From contig LBPF01000003.1 in NCBI GenBank assembly GCA_000990005.1, positions 71,479 to 135,478 on the forward strand: a DNA stretch of 64,000 nt. The letters are read 5' to 3'. Made by a program: the position numbers and the translations under genes. A model generated the notes under the pieces. It made no database searches. It saw only the letters and a program-made list of their open reading frames with translations, and was not told where the DNA came from. The DNA is from Candidatus Woesebacteria bacterium GW2011_GWB1_33_38 (GTDB taxonomy: Bacteria; Patescibacteriota; Microgenomatia; UBA8517). Shown piece by piece: positions 19,822 to 29,881 of the stretch (position 1 is its first letter; every line of letters begins with the position of its first letter).

Positions 19822-21102
19822 ATGTTTTTATACATTGCCCAATTTTTTAAGAAAACAGTAACCGATAAGAGGCTTAGAAAAAAAATTCTTGTAGTAGCCC
19901 TAGCCCTGTTGGTATTTAGAATAGCAGCTCACATTCCAGCGGCTGGTATTGATAAGGAAAGCTTATCAGCTTTGTTTTTGGGTAGTCCTCTTCTTTCACT
20001 TTTGGATGTATTTTCAGGTGGAACTTTAGCTAATTTCTCTATAATGGCATTGGGTCTTAATCCATACATTAATGCATCAATTATTTTACAACTTTTAGGT
20101 TATGTCGTTCCCGCTCTTGAAGAACTACAAAAGGAAGGTGAATATGGACAAGAAAAAATAAATCAATACACAAGATTTTTAACTGTTCCACTGGCAATTT
20201 TACAATCGTTTGGTATGTATGCTCTTTTGAAATCTCAGAACATCATAGGCAACCTAAGTCTTATGCAACTTATTTTCCTTTGTTTAACAATGACAGCTGG
20301 TACCATGCTTGCTGTTTGGCTTGGAGATTTAATCACAGAATATGCATTTAAAAGTGGAGTGTCATTTTTGATTTTTGTTGGTATTATTTCAAGACTTCCA
20401 ATTGTTTTAGGACAGACAATTGCAACATTTAAAGCAGAAGATACTTTAAAGCTTATAATCTTTGCAGGGGTTGCGCTAATAGTTATGGGTCTTATCATTT
20501 TTGTTAATGAAGCGATCCGTCAGATTCCAATCAGTTATGCCAAAGCATCACGTGGTTTTCAGCAACAAAAATCATATTTACCACTAAGGTTAAATCAGGC
20601 TGGAGTTATACCTATTATTTTTGCTGTGTCACTGGTTTTAATGCCCTCAATGGTTACTCAGTTTTTGGGAGCTTCAGGAAACCAAACAGTTGTAAATGTT
20701 GCAACCAACGTACAAAAGTATTTTAATCCTCAGTCTTTGATTTATAATATAATTTACTTTTTATTAGTTGTTGGATTTACTTATTTTTACACATCAGTTG
20801 TCTTTAATCCTCAAAAAATTTCAGAAAATTTGCAAAAATCTGGGGGATTCATTCCTGGAATTAGGCCTGGGTCAGCAACAATTACCTATCTTTCATATGT
20901 TTTAAATAGACTTACATTGGTTGGTGCGTCATTTTTAGGCCTTGTTGCAGTCCTACCCTCACTTTTCCAAAATTCAATTGGAATATCTAACCTTGCAATT
21001 GGTGGAACAGGAGTTTTAATTGCGATTTCAGTAGTCCTCGAAATCATTCGTGAAATTGAAGGCGATCTTTTAATGAGTAAATATGGGGATTATACTAGAT
21101 AA
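19822..21102 (+). CDS. secY: Preprotein translocase SecY
   Basis: FSIMALGLNPYINASII, AGVIPIIFA, GGFIPGIRPG. Confidence 0.99.
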   Translation: MFLYIAQFFKKTVTDKRLRKKILVVALALLVFRIAAHIPAAGIDKESLSALFLGSPLLSLLDVFSGGTLANFSIMALGLNPYINASIILQLLGYVVPALEELQKEGEYGQEKINQYTRFLTVPLAILQSFGMYALLKSQNIIGNLSLMQLIFLCLTMTAGTMLAVWLGDLITEYAFKSGVSFLIFVGIISRLPIVLGQTIATFKAEDTLKLIIFAGVALIVMGLIIFVNEAIRQIPISYAKASRGFQQQKSYLPLRLNQAGVIPIIFAVSLVLMPSMVTQFLGASGNQTVVNVATNVQKYFNPQSLIYNIIYFLLVVGFTYFYTSVVFNPQKISENLQKSGGFIPGIRPGSATITYLSYVLNRLTLVGASFLGLVAVLPSLFQNSIGISNLAIGGTGVLIAISVVLEIIREIEGDLLMSKYGDYTR

Positions 21103-21103
21103 G

Positions 21104-21856
21104 ATGAAAAATAATCCAAAACAAAACAATTCTCTAATTATTTTATTATCTGTTCTTTTATTAATCTCTTGTATAATTGCAGGCATTTTTGCATATCAAG
21201 TTCAAAACTTAACTAAAGAAATAAAGAAATTGAAAACTGAACAATTATTAACTCAAACTCCAGCTCCAACTCTTGACCTAACAGCCAATTGGAAAACATA
21301 TACTAATGAAGATCTTTCTTTTAAATATCCTTCAGACTGGTTAAGATCAGGGGATGTAATATCACCAGATATGCCTGGAAGTCCACATAACAATCTTTAT
21401 CCTTATGGTTTATTTTTGAATGTTTTTGACAAAAACGCTACCCTGAAAACAAATGCGTACACATATAGTGGATGTATGAAAGAAACATCAACCCAAACCG
21501 TTAATGGAGTTTTTATTAAGAGATTTATTGAAATAAATACAGGGCAATGTAAAGATCGTGATCAAAAACAAAGAATAATTTGGATTGTACCGTCTGCATC
21601 AAGCTATGGTCCTAGCGTGGCAGTATTCTATCAGGTAGACGACTCTGAACAAGTTGAACAAATTGTTACACAAATTCTTTCCACATTTAAATTTCTAGAT
21701 AATGAAATTACCTCTATAATAACTTCTGATGAATTGAATAATGGTTGGTATTGGGGATTTAAAGATCAAAAGAAGTTAAATACTCCATCAGATTGGGTGT
21801 ATCAAGAAGTTGGTAGGAGTTCCTGTTGGCATAAAGTGGGAGTTTTGTGTCAATGA
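21104..21856 (+). CDS. Membrane-anchored secreted protein, PsbP-like fold (inferred), inserted between secY and adk
   Basis: N-terminal TM, Thr/Pro linker, WKTYTN..SFKYP..W, QILSTFKF, extra Trp-rich tail. Confidence 0.7.
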   Translation: MKNNPKQNNSLIILLSVLLLISCIIAGIFAYQVQNLTKEIKKLKTEQLLTQTPAPTLDLTANWKTYTNEDLSFKYPSDWLRSGDVISPDMPGSPHNNLYPYGLFLNVFDKNATLKTNAYTYSGCMKETSTQTVNGVFIKRFIEINTGQCKDRDQKQRIIWIVPSASSYGPSVAVFYQVDDSEQVEQIVTQILSTFKFLDNEITSIITSDELNNGWYWGFKDQKKLNTPSDWVYQEVGRSSCWHKVGVLCQ

Positions 21857-22401
21857 ACATAATACTTTTTGGGCCACAAGGATCAGGGAAGGGAACACAA
21901 GCAAGGCTTTTATGCGAAAAATTCGGATTTTTTTACTTTGAATCAGGAGCTTATCTTAGAAAATTAGCCAAAGACCATCCAGAGATGAAAACTGTTATGG
22001 ATTCTGGCAAACTTGTTCCTGACGAGGAATTTACATCATATCTAACTGCTTATTTAGACCAAGAAAATTTATATGACGACATTTTATTTGATGGTTTTCC
22101 AAGAACCTTAGACCAATATAATTTTTTAAAAAATTGGTTAGTACAAAAACAAGTCAAAATCGACCTAGGGATTGTTTTAGAAATAAGCGAAAAAGAAACT
22201 TTAAAGAGGTTACTACTTAGAAAAAGAGAAGACGATACACCTGAAGCAATTGTTAAAAGGCTGTCACTTTATAAAAGTAGAACAGAGGTTTTAATTAATG
22301 AGATAAGAAAAGATGCTGAGGTGATAGAAGTTGATGGAGAAAGATCAATTGAGGCAATTCAAAAAGATTTAGTACAAATTATAGAAAAACTTTATAAATA
22401 A
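21853..22401 (+). CDS. adk: Adenylate kinase (short form without large LID)
   Basis: GPQGSGKGTQ, DGFPR, R.REDD. Confidence 0.96.
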   Translation: MNIILFGPQGSGKGTQARLLCEKFGFFYFESGAYLRKLAKDHPEMKTVMDSGKLVPDEEFTSYLTAYLDQENLYDDILFDGFPRTLDQYNFLKNWLVQKQVKIDLGIVLEISEKETLKRLLLRKREDDTPEAIVKRLSLYKSRTEVLINEIRKDAEVIEVDGERSIEAIQKDLVQIIEKLYK

Positions 22402-22436
22402 ATGGATAAGCATAGCTTGTCAATAAAATAAATTTT

Positions 22437-23192
22437 ATGGATAAATTTTCACTTAAAACCTCAGAAGAATTGGAAATCATGAAAGAAGGAGGTAAAAAAC
22501 TTTCTTTAATTAAAAATGAATTAGTTAAAGCTTCTAAAGTTGGTGTTTCTGCAGCCACAATTGATGATTTGGCTGAAAAGTTAATATTAGAATCAGGTGG
22601 AAAACCATCTTTTAAAATGATTAAAGGATATTCTTGGAGTACATGCATTAATGTGAATAGTGGTGTAGTTCATGGTATACCACACAAAAATTTAATTTTT
22701 AAAGAAGGTGATCTTGTCAGTATTGACTTAGGGCTATATTACAAAGGCTTTCATACAGACACATCAATCTCTTTCGATTTAAACGGATCGAAAGTAGTAA
22801 AAAAATTTTTAAATGCAGGAAAACTTGCATTTGACAATGCAGTTTCTTCAATTGATCCTAATAATTCTTATGTTTATGATATATCTAAGGCCATTGAAGA
22901 TACTGTCAAAAAGTATGGATTTAGTCCAATTTTAGATTTGACTGGACATGGAATAGGAAGAAATTTACATGAAAACCCATATATTCCTTGTTTTATGGAA
23001 GGAATTAGAATTGAAACTCCTAAAATTGTCCACGGAATGGCCTTAGCAATTGAAGTAATGTATGTTGAAGGAAGTCCTTCTTTGGTCAAAGAAAATGACG
23101 GGTGGACAATAGCAACTCAGGATGGTAAAATAGCAGGACTTTTCGAAGATACAATTATTGTTACTGAGAAAGGATATGAAATAATCACCTAG
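22437..23192 (+). CDS. map: Methionine aminopeptidase type I
   Basis: VVHGIP, IDLG...HTD, GHGIG.NLHE, AIE, FEDT. Confidence 0.97.
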   Translation: MDKFSLKTSEELEIMKEGGKKLSLIKNELVKASKVGVSAATIDDLAEKLILESGGKPSFKMIKGYSWSTCINVNSGVVHGIPHKNLIFKEGDLVSIDLGLYYKGFHTDTSISFDLNGSKVVKKFLNAGKLAFDNAVSSIDPNNSYVYDISKAIEDTVKKYGFSPILDLTGHGIGRNLHENPYIPCFMEGIRIETPKIVHGMALAIEVMYVEGSPSLVKENDGWTIATQDGKIAGLFEDTIIVTEKGYEIIT

Positions 23193-23208
23193 GTGATTAT
23201 TTTTTGCC

Positions 23209-23424
23209 ATGAAAACAGATGGAAGTTACATACTTGAGGGAACAGTTACAGAACTCTTGCCAAATACGATGTTTAGAGTGGTTACTGTAGATGGAAAAAG
23301 CTTACTTACTACACTTAAAGGTAAGATGCGTAAAGCGTATGTTAGAGTTTTTCCTGGAGACAAAGTTAGAGTAGAAATGACAAAATATGATGAGGAAAGA
23401 GGAAGGATAGTATATAAATATTAA
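23209..23424 (+). CDS. infA: Translation initiation factor IF-1
   Basis: EGTVTELLPNTMFRV, GKMR, PGDKVRVE, RGRI. Confidence 0.98.
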   Translation: MKTDGSYILEGTVTELLPNTMFRVVTVDGKSLLTTLKGKMRKAYVRVFPGDKVRVEMTKYDEERGRIVYKY

Positions 23425-23430
23425 AATTAT

Positions 23431-23544
23431 ATGCAAGTATTAGCGTCAATTAAAAAAAGGTGTAAAGATTGTAAAATTATTAAAAGGGCTGGAGTTTTAC
23501 GTGTAATTTGTAAAAATCCAAGACACAAATCAAGACAAGGGTAA
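23431..23544 (+). CDS. rpmJ: 50S ribosomal protein L36 (not in ORF track)
   Basis: Manual translation [37 protein letters not shown]. Confidence 0.97.
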   Translation: MQVLASIKKRCKDCKIIKRAGVLRVICKNPRHKSRQG

Positions 23545-23556
23545 TTGAAAAAAAAT

Positions 23557-23958
23557 ATGGCAAGAATAACAGGAATAGAATTAAACGACAATTGGAAGAT
23601 AGATTATGCTTTAACTAGAATTAAAGGGATTGGTTGGCCTACCTCTAAAAAGATATTAGCACTGCTTAAATTTGATTTAACAAAAAGAATCAAAGATTTA
23701 TCAGCTGAAGAATTAAATACAATTACAACTAAACTCGAGGAATTTCCAACAGAGGGAGATTTAGCCAGAAGAGTGAAAGGAAATATCACTAGACTTCAAG
23801 CTATTGGTTCATATAGAGGCTTAAGACACTCTAAAGGCTTACCAGCCAGAGGCCAAAGAACAAAGACAAATGCTAGAACTAAAAGAGGTAAAAGAAAGAC
23901 AGTTGGGGCATTTAAGAAGGAAGCTTTAACTAAACAAGCAAGTGCATCGGCAAAATAA
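23557..23958 (+). CDS. rpsM: 30S ribosomal protein S13
   Basis: MARITG, YRGLRH..GLPARGQRTKTNARTKRG. Confidence 0.99.
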   Translation: MARITGIELNDNWKIDYALTRIKGIGWPTSKKILALLKFDLTKRIKDLSAEELNTITTKLEEFPTEGDLARRVKGNITRLQAIGSYRGLRHSKGLPARGQRTKTNARTKRGKRKTVGAFKKEALTKQASASAK

Positions 23959-23964
23959 AAATAT

Positions 23965-24342
23965 ATGGCAATCAAAAAAACAACAATAACTAAAAAGGAA
24001 GGACCAGCAAAAATATATATATCTGCGTCTTTTAATAATACTTTAGTTTCTGTTTGTGATGAAACTGGAGCAACACTTGCTTGGTGCTCGTCTGGAGCAT
24101 CTGGTTTTAAGGGAACAAGAAAATCAACACCCTTTGCAGCAACAACTGCGGTTGAGACTGTTATTAAAAAAGCTAAAGAAAAAGGTGTTGAAGAAATCGA
24201 AATTTATGTCAAGGGTCCAGGACCGGGTAGGGATGCTGCTCTTCGTGCAGTTAAAGCATCTGGCATTAAGATTTCGTTAATCGCTGATGTTACACCTATC
24301 CCGCATAACGGACCAAGACCAAAAAAGAAAAGGAGAGTATAA
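23965..24342 (+). CDS. rpsK: 30S ribosomal protein S11
   Basis: SFNNT, GFKGTRKSTPFAA, DVTPIPHNG. Confidence 0.99.
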   Translation: MAIKKTTITKKEGPAKIYISASFNNTLVSVCDETGATLAWCSSGASGFKGTRKSTPFAATTAVETVIKKAKEKGVEEIEIYVKGPGPGRDAALRAVKASGIKISLIADVTPIPHNGPRPKKKRRV

Positions 24343-24354
24343 CTTTAAACTAAA

Positions 24355-24957
24355 ATGGCTAAATATAACGGACCTAAAGATAGATTAAGTAGAAGAGAAG
24401 GAGTTGACCTTTTCAATAAAGGGGCAAAACTAACCCGTCTTAATATTTTGCCAGGTGTTCATGGACCAAAAGGTCAAAAAAGGGCCCCTTCACAATATGG
24501 TAAACAACTCCGAGAGAAACAAAAAGTTAAAAGAATTTATGGTATTTTAGAAAAACAATTTAGAATTTATGTAGAAAAGGCCTTAAAATCAAAAGGTAAC
24601 ACGGGGGAGGCTTTGCTAGTATTGCTTGAAAAACGACTAGATAATGTTGTCTATAAATTGGGATTTGCCACCACCCGTCCAATGGCCAGACAACTTGTAT
24701 CCCACAGGCATGTTTTAGTTAATGGTAAGAAAGTAAATATTCCATCATTTCAAGTTAAAGCGGGTGATGTTGTTTCATTAACCCCCGCAATAATTGAGAT
24801 GTCGCTTGTTAAAAAACTTGTTAGTGACACTGAATATGAAGCACCTTCTTGGTTAGAACGAAAAGTAAGTTTAGGAAAAGTAACAAGAGATCCAATTAGA
24901 TCAGACATTATCGAATTAGTTTCTGAACAAGACATTGTAGAATTTTACTCACGATAA
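24355..24957 (+). CDS. rpsD: 30S ribosomal protein S4
   Basis: QLREKQK, LEKRLDNVV, ARQLVSH, IVEFYSR. Confidence 0.99.
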   Translation: MAKYNGPKDRLSRREGVDLFNKGAKLTRLNILPGVHGPKGQKRAPSQYGKQLREKQKVKRIYGILEKQFRIYVEKALKSKGNTGEALLVLLEKRLDNVVYKLGFATTRPMARQLVSHRHVLVNGKKVNIPSFQVKAGDVVSLTPAIIEMSLVKKLVSDTEYEAPSWLERKVSLGKVTRDPIRSDIIELVSEQDIVEFYSR

Positions 24958-24987
24958 TGGTACAATCCATTTTCGTGTTTTAAGGAG

Positions 24988-25845
24988 GTGATATTTTATG
25001 TCACTCCTTTAGAACAGGGTTACGGCTTTACACTGGGTAATTCATTAAGAAGAGTTTTATTGACCTCGTTGGAGGGTGCAGCAATTATCTCTGTTAAAAT
25101 CGCTGGAGTCAAACATCAATTTTCAGGCCTAACTGGCATGAAAGAGGATATTGTTAAGTTCTGTTTGAATTTAAAGAAAGTTAGAATTGCATACAGTGGA
25201 GATAAACCAGTTAACGCATCTTTAAAAGTTACAACTGCTGGTGAAGTTAAAGCATCAGATATCAAACTTCCAACTGGTGCTGAAGTTACAAATCCGGATT
25301 TAATCTTGGCAGTTCTTAATAAGGGTGCAAAACTAGATGCAGATTTAGTAATTGAATCAGGTACAGGATATGTTTCAGCTGATACAAAAAGTTCTACCGA
25401 AATCGGAATGATTCCACTTGATGCGTCATTTTCACCTATATTACGTGTTAATTATAAAGTTGAAGAGACTCGTGTGGGAAGACTTACAAACTTTGATAAA
25501 CTAACACTTGAAGTTTGGACAGATGGAACAATTGCCCCTAAAGATGCTGTAATTAAGGCGTCACTTGTTTTAGTTTCATACTTCAACCAAATTGTTAACC
25601 CAGTTAAGGTAGAAGTGAAAGCAACAGAAAAAGTTACTAACGACTTAGGGCTTGTGGGAAGACTTTCTGTGGAAGAAATAGGACTCCCAACAAGAGTTGC
25701 CAATGCACTGGCTAAAGCCGGTTTTGAGACAGTTGAAAGCTTAGTTAATGCAGATAAATCAGAACTTGTAAAAGTAAGAAATTTAGGAGAGAAATCTCTA
25801 AAAATTATCTCAGCAGCACTTGGTGAGAAAGGAGTGAGTTTTTAA
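24988..25845 (+). CDS. rpoA: RNA polymerase alpha subunit (start uncertain; N-terminus appears short)
   Basis: PLEQGYGFTLGNSLRRVLL, DASFSP, VRNLGEKS. Confidence 0.96.
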   Translation: MIFYVTPLEQGYGFTLGNSLRRVLLTSLEGAAIISVKIAGVKHQFSGLTGMKEDIVKFCLNLKKVRIAYSGDKPVNASLKVTTAGEVKASDIKLPTGAEVTNPDLILAVLNKGAKLDADLVIESGTGYVSADTKSSTEIGMIPLDASFSPILRVNYKVEETRVGRLTNFDKLTLEVWTDGTIAPKDAVIKASLVLVSYFNQIVNPVKVEVKATEKVTNDLGLVGRLSVEEIGLPTRVANALAKAGFETVESLVNADKSELVKVRNLGEKSLKIISAALGEKGVSF

Positions 25846-25846
25846 G

Positions 25847-26233
25847 GTGAGAAAAAGAGTTTTTGGTAAAAAACTTTCTCGAGAGAGAGCAACTAGAGGA
25901 GCTTTATTTGTTTCTTTAGTGGAGTCTTTGGTGTTAAATAAAAAAATCAAGACAACCAAAGCTAAAGCTAAGGCTATCTCTGGAATGATTGATAAATTAG
26001 TAACTTTAGCTAAAAAAGATACATTAGCAAGTAAAAGACAGATCCTGAAGAATTTAAGAGGTAATAAAGCGGTTGCAACAATTCTTTGGACTGAAATTGC
26101 TAAATCTTTTGAAAATAAAAATAGTGGATTTACTAGGGCCATTCCTCTTGTGTCTAGAAAAGGTGACATGGCAGAAATGGTTAGAATAGAGTGGACATAT
26201 GAAAACTTATCAACCAAAACAAAAAGAGATTAA
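25847..26233 (+). CDS. rplQ: 50S ribosomal protein L17
   Basis: KKLSR, IKTTKAKAK, SGFTR, RKGDMAEM. Confidence 0.97.
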   Translation: MRKRVFGKKLSRERATRGALFVSLVESLVLNKKIKTTKAKAKAISGMIDKLVTLAKKDTLASKRQILKNLRGNKAVATILWTEIAKSFENKNSGFTRAIPLVSRKGDMAEMVRIEWTYENLSTKTKRD

Positions 26234-26612
26234 AAGAGACTGGCATCTAGTTGATGCTAAAGATCAAGTCTTGGGAAGGCTATCTACAAAAGTAGCTATT
26301 CTTTTGATGGGTAAACAAAAAACTACCTATTCAGCCCATATGGACTCTGGAGATATTGTAGTTATTGTTAACGCCGAGAAAGTTGTAACAACTGGCAAAA
26401 AATCTTTAAATAAAGTTTACAGAAGCCATTCAGGTTATCCTGGAGGTTTTAAAGAGGTAACTTTTGAAAAAATGGCTAAAGAGCATCCAAATCGTATAAT
26501 AGAGTTTGCAGTTAATGGGATGTTACCAGATAATAGATTAAAAGCGGATCGGATGGCGAGACTTTTTGTTTTTAAAGGAGAAAAACATAAATATGAAAGC
26601 AAGTTCAAGTAA
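26199..26612 (+). CDS. rplM: 50S ribosomal protein L13
   Basis: WHLVDA..QVLGRL, HSGYPGG, GMLP. Confidence 0.99.
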   Translation: MKTYQPKQKEIKRDWHLVDAKDQVLGRLSTKVAILLMGKQKTTYSAHMDSGDIVVIVNAEKVVTTGKKSLNKVYRSHSGYPGGFKEVTFEKMAKEHPNRIIEFAVNGMLPDNRLKADRMARLFVFKGEKHKYESKFK

Positions 26613-26979
26613 AAAATATATTTTTGCTGTAGGTAGAAGAAAAACATCAACAGCTAGGGTTCGTTTGTTTAAAGGTACTGGTGAAAATTTGATTAATGGT
26701 AAAAAAGTTTTAGGATCATTAATCGAAAAAACATTTAAGGTTGTAGGTTCACTTGGAAAGTTTTATTTTACTTCTAAAGTTTCAGGCGGTGGAGTTAAGA
26801 GTCAAGTTGAGGCTACAATTCATGGAATTTCAAGATCCTTGGTTAAGTTAGATCCAGAAAAATTCAGAAGTTTATTAAAAAAGGAAGGTCTTTTGACGAG
26901 GGACTCAAGAGAAAGACAGAGACGTATGGTGGGAACAGGTGGAAAAGCAAGACATAAAAAACAGTCTCCAAAGAGATGA
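26593..26979 (+). CDS. rpsI: 30S ribosomal protein S9
   Basis: GRRKTSTARV, GGG..SQ, LTRDSR, QSPKR. Confidence 0.98.
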   Translation: MKASSSKKYIFAVGRRKTSTARVRLFKGTGENLINGKKVLGSLIEKTFKVVGSLGKFYFTSKVSGGGVKSQVEATIHGISRSLVKLDPEKFRSLLKKEGLLTRDSRERQRRMVGTGGKARHKKQSPKR

Positions 26980-27977
26980 TGAAACTTATTAAGAAAAAGT
27001 GGAAACTTCTGTCTGTTTTATTGATTATTGCTATTATAATTACATTTTTAATATCCAAAAAAAATAATTTTAGTTTAAAAACAGCAACTATTCAAAAAGG
27101 TAATATTTCAGAAGAATTAATTTTATCAGGCGATATTTCAGCTTCTAATTATGCAAAACTAGCTTATGAAACTTCAGGCAAAGTGAGCTATATTGGTGTT
27201 AAGGAAGGCGAAACTGTTAAAAAAGGTAAACTTTTAAGTAAACTTGATACCACAGTTTTAAATTCAAGTTATCAAATAGCATTATCTAATTTAAGAATCT
27301 ACGATGCTACAGCTCAAAATATTTTAGATCAGGTAAAAAACCATTCTAGTGATGAAACATACTCCCAGAAAGATTCAAGGACTACGGCGGAAGCAAATAA
27401 AGATAAAGCTTACGAAGCGGTGATTTCGGCAAAAAGAAATCTTGATGGGGCCTCCATTTATGCTCCATTTAATGGAATTGTTACTTTTGTTGCCCACCCT
27501 TTTTCTGGAGTTTTTGTAAGTTTTGGTGCAACTGAAATCGAAATCATTGATCCTACTACAATGTATTTTTCTGTTTTAGCGGATCAGACTGAGGTAACAA
27601 AACTTATAAATGGACAAAAGGTACAAATAGTTTTAGATTCCTTTGAAGATAAAACTTATGAAGGCAAAGTTTATAATATTTCATTTGTACCAAAGATAGG
27701 AGAATCCGGTTCAGTTTATTCAGTTAAAGTTTTGTTTAGTGGGGTTAACCTTCTTGATTCAAAGTTTAAGATTGCCATGACGGGAGATGCTAAGTTTGTA
27801 ACTTCTGAAAAAGAAAACGCATTTTATGTACCAAGTAATTTTGTTAAGCAGGATAAAAATGGAAACTTTGTAAAACTTAATCAAAAAGATAAACTTTACA
27901 TAAAAATAGGAATTGAGTCTTCAGATTTTACTGAAATAGTTGGGGATATTGAGGAAGGTTTAGTCGTATATGATTAA
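26976..27977 (+). CDS. MacA/RND-type membrane fusion (adaptor) protein
   Basis: N-terminal TM, SGKV..IGVKEGETVKKG lipoyl-like motif, IYAPFNGIV. Confidence 0.9.
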   Translation: MMKLIKKKWKLLSVLLIIAIIITFLISKKNNFSLKTATIQKGNISEELILSGDISASNYAKLAYETSGKVSYIGVKEGETVKKGKLLSKLDTTVLNSSYQIALSNLRIYDATAQNILDQVKNHSSDETYSQKDSRTTAEANKDKAYEAVISAKRNLDGASIYAPFNGIVTFVAHPFSGVFVSFGATEIEIIDPTTMYFSVLADQTEVTKLINGQKVQIVLDSFEDKTYEGKVYNISFVPKIGESGSVYSVKVLFSGVNLLDSKFKIAMTGDAKFVTSEKENAFYVPSNFVKQDKNGNFVKLNQKDKLYIKIGIESSDFTEIVGDIEEGLVVYD

Positions 27978-28647
27978 ACTTATAAATATAAGTAAGACCT
28001 ATCTTTTAGGCGAAGATGAAGTTAGAGCAGTGGACAATGCTTCAGTAAATATTAAAAAGGGTGAATATGTTGCAATACTAGGTTCTTCAGGCTCTGGAAA
28101 ATCAACTTTAATGCACATTATTGGCTTACTCGATAGGCCCACTAGCGGTAAAGTCTTAATTAATGGCAAGGACATTTCAAAAATAACAGACGATGAATTA
28201 TCTATTATTAGAAATACTTATGTGGGTTTTGTGTTTCAGCAATTTAACTTAATAAATAAACTAACAGTTTTAGAAAATGTGGCTCTTCCCGCAATTTATT
28301 TTAAAGACAAATTAAACTTCGACCCAGTTAAAAAAGCTAAAGAATTATTAAAACAATTTGGTATGGGAGAAAGACTTAACTTCTATCCAAATAAAATATC
28401 AGGAGGGCAACAACAAAGGGTTGCAATTGCTAGAAGCCTAATTATGAACCCAGACCTTATTTTAGCTGATGAACCAACAGGAAACTTAGACAGTAAAACA
28501 GGTAATGAGATTTTAGGTATTTTGGAGGATTTAAACAAAAAACTTAAAGTGACTGTTGTTCTAGTAACACACGAAAAAGATGTTGCAGACAGAACTGATC
28601 GAAAAATTTATATTAAAGATGGAAAAATTGTAAATAAATATTTATAA
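27970..28647 (+). CDS. ABC ATPase, MacB/LolD family
   Basis: GSSGSGKST, SGGQQQRVAIAR, LADEPTGNLD. Confidence 0.96.
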   Translation: MIKLINISKTYLLGEDEVRAVDNASVNIKKGEYVAILGSSGSGKSTLMHIIGLLDRPTSGKVLINGKDISKITDDELSIIRNTYVGFVFQQFNLINKLTVLENVALPAIYFKDKLNFDPVKKAKELLKQFGMGERLNFYPNKISGGQQQRVAIARSLIMNPDLILADEPTGNLDSKTGNEILGILEDLNKKLKVTVVLVTHEKDVADRTDRKIYIKDGKIVNKYL

Positions 28648-28653
28648 AAAATT

Positions 28654-29859
28654 ATGAAGCAATTTAGAAATTTACTTAAGTCATCATTCGACGATTTTAA
28701 AAGAAATAAAGTTAGAACATTTTTAACTTCCTTAGGTATTATGGTAGGTGTGATGTCAGTTGTTTTATTGATTGCATTAGGCTTAGGACTTAAAAATTAC
28801 ATTGAGGAACAGTTTGAAAGTTTAGGGGCAAATCTTTTAATTATTTTTCCAGGAAGCGTTTTTTCAGAAGATAGCGGAGCGGGTGGAAATTTTGGAGCAG
28901 GTTTTGCAGGAGGGGCTAGTTTTGATGAAAAAGATGTAAAAACTTTAAGAAAAGTTCCAGATGTTTCATATGTGGTTCCACTTTTTACCAAGAGTTTGGC
29001 GTTATCTTCAGGTAAAGAAAAAAAGTTAGGTTATGTATTAGGTACAACTGATGAAGCTTTCGAGGTTATGAATATTGAAATAGAAGAAGGTCGAGAATTC
29101 ACCAAAGCAGACGTTTTAGGTAAGACAAAAAAAGGAGTCTTGGGTTTTTCAATGGCGGAAAAATTATTTATAGATCCAACATTTGCTGTTGGAAAAACAG
29201 TTAAAGCAAATGATGTTAGGTTTAACATAATTGGAGTTGCCAAGAAAAAAGGGGATAGACAGATGGATGACGGATTATTTGTTCCATATAGTGCCACTTT
29301 TGGAAGTTTAAATCCAGATAAAACATTTTTTACAATTTATATAGGAGCTTCTAATGAAGATACAATTGCTACAGTTAAAGTATCAGTTAAGGAAGCACTT
29401 CTTAAAAGATATGAAGAAGATGATTTTTCAGTTACAGAACAGTCACAAATACTGTCTTCAGTTAATCAAATTTTTGGAATTATAAATTCCATTTTAGTGG
29501 CAATTGGTTCCATTTCTCTTTTTGTTGGAGGTATTGGAATCATGAACATTATGTATGCAACAGTAACGGAACGAACAAAAGAAATAGGAATTAGACGTGC
29601 AATTGGAGCAACAGAAAAAGATATCTTAACTCAGTTTTTAACTGAATCAATCGTACTGTCTCTTTTGGGTGGTATCGCTGGACTTTTAATTTCAGCAGTA
29701 ATTGTTTGGATTATTAGGTTTTTCTTTCCTGCAAGTTTAAATTTAGTTGCGGTTTTGGTTGCCTTGGGGGTTTCATCTGCCATAGGAATAATCTTTGGAG
29801 TTTTCCCAGCCCGCCGCGCAGCTAAACTTTCCCCAATTGATGCTATTAGATATGAGTAA
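28654..29859 (+). CDS. ABC permease, MacB/FtsX family
   Basis: VGGIGIMNIM, ERTKEIGIRRAIGA, PARRAAKLSPIDAIRYE. Confidence 0.96.
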   Translation: MKQFRNLLKSSFDDFKRNKVRTFLTSLGIMVGVMSVVLLIALGLGLKNYIEEQFESLGANLLIIFPGSVFSEDSGAGGNFGAGFAGGASFDEKDVKTLRKVPDVSYVVPLFTKSLALSSGKEKKLGYVLGTTDEAFEVMNIEIEEGREFTKADVLGKTKKGVLGFSMAEKLFIDPTFAVGKTVKANDVRFNIIGVAKKKGDRQMDDGLFVPYSATFGSLNPDKTFFTIYIGASNEDTIATVKVSVKEALLKRYEEDDFSVTEQSQILSSVNQIFGIINSILVAIGSISLFVGGIGIMNIMYATVTERTKEIGIRRAIGATEKDILTQFLTESIVLSLLGGIAGLLISAVIVWIIRFFFPASLNLVAVLVALGVSSAIGIIFGVFPARRAAKLSPIDAIRYE

Positions 29860-29881
29860 ATTTGTTTGATAAAATTAAAAT

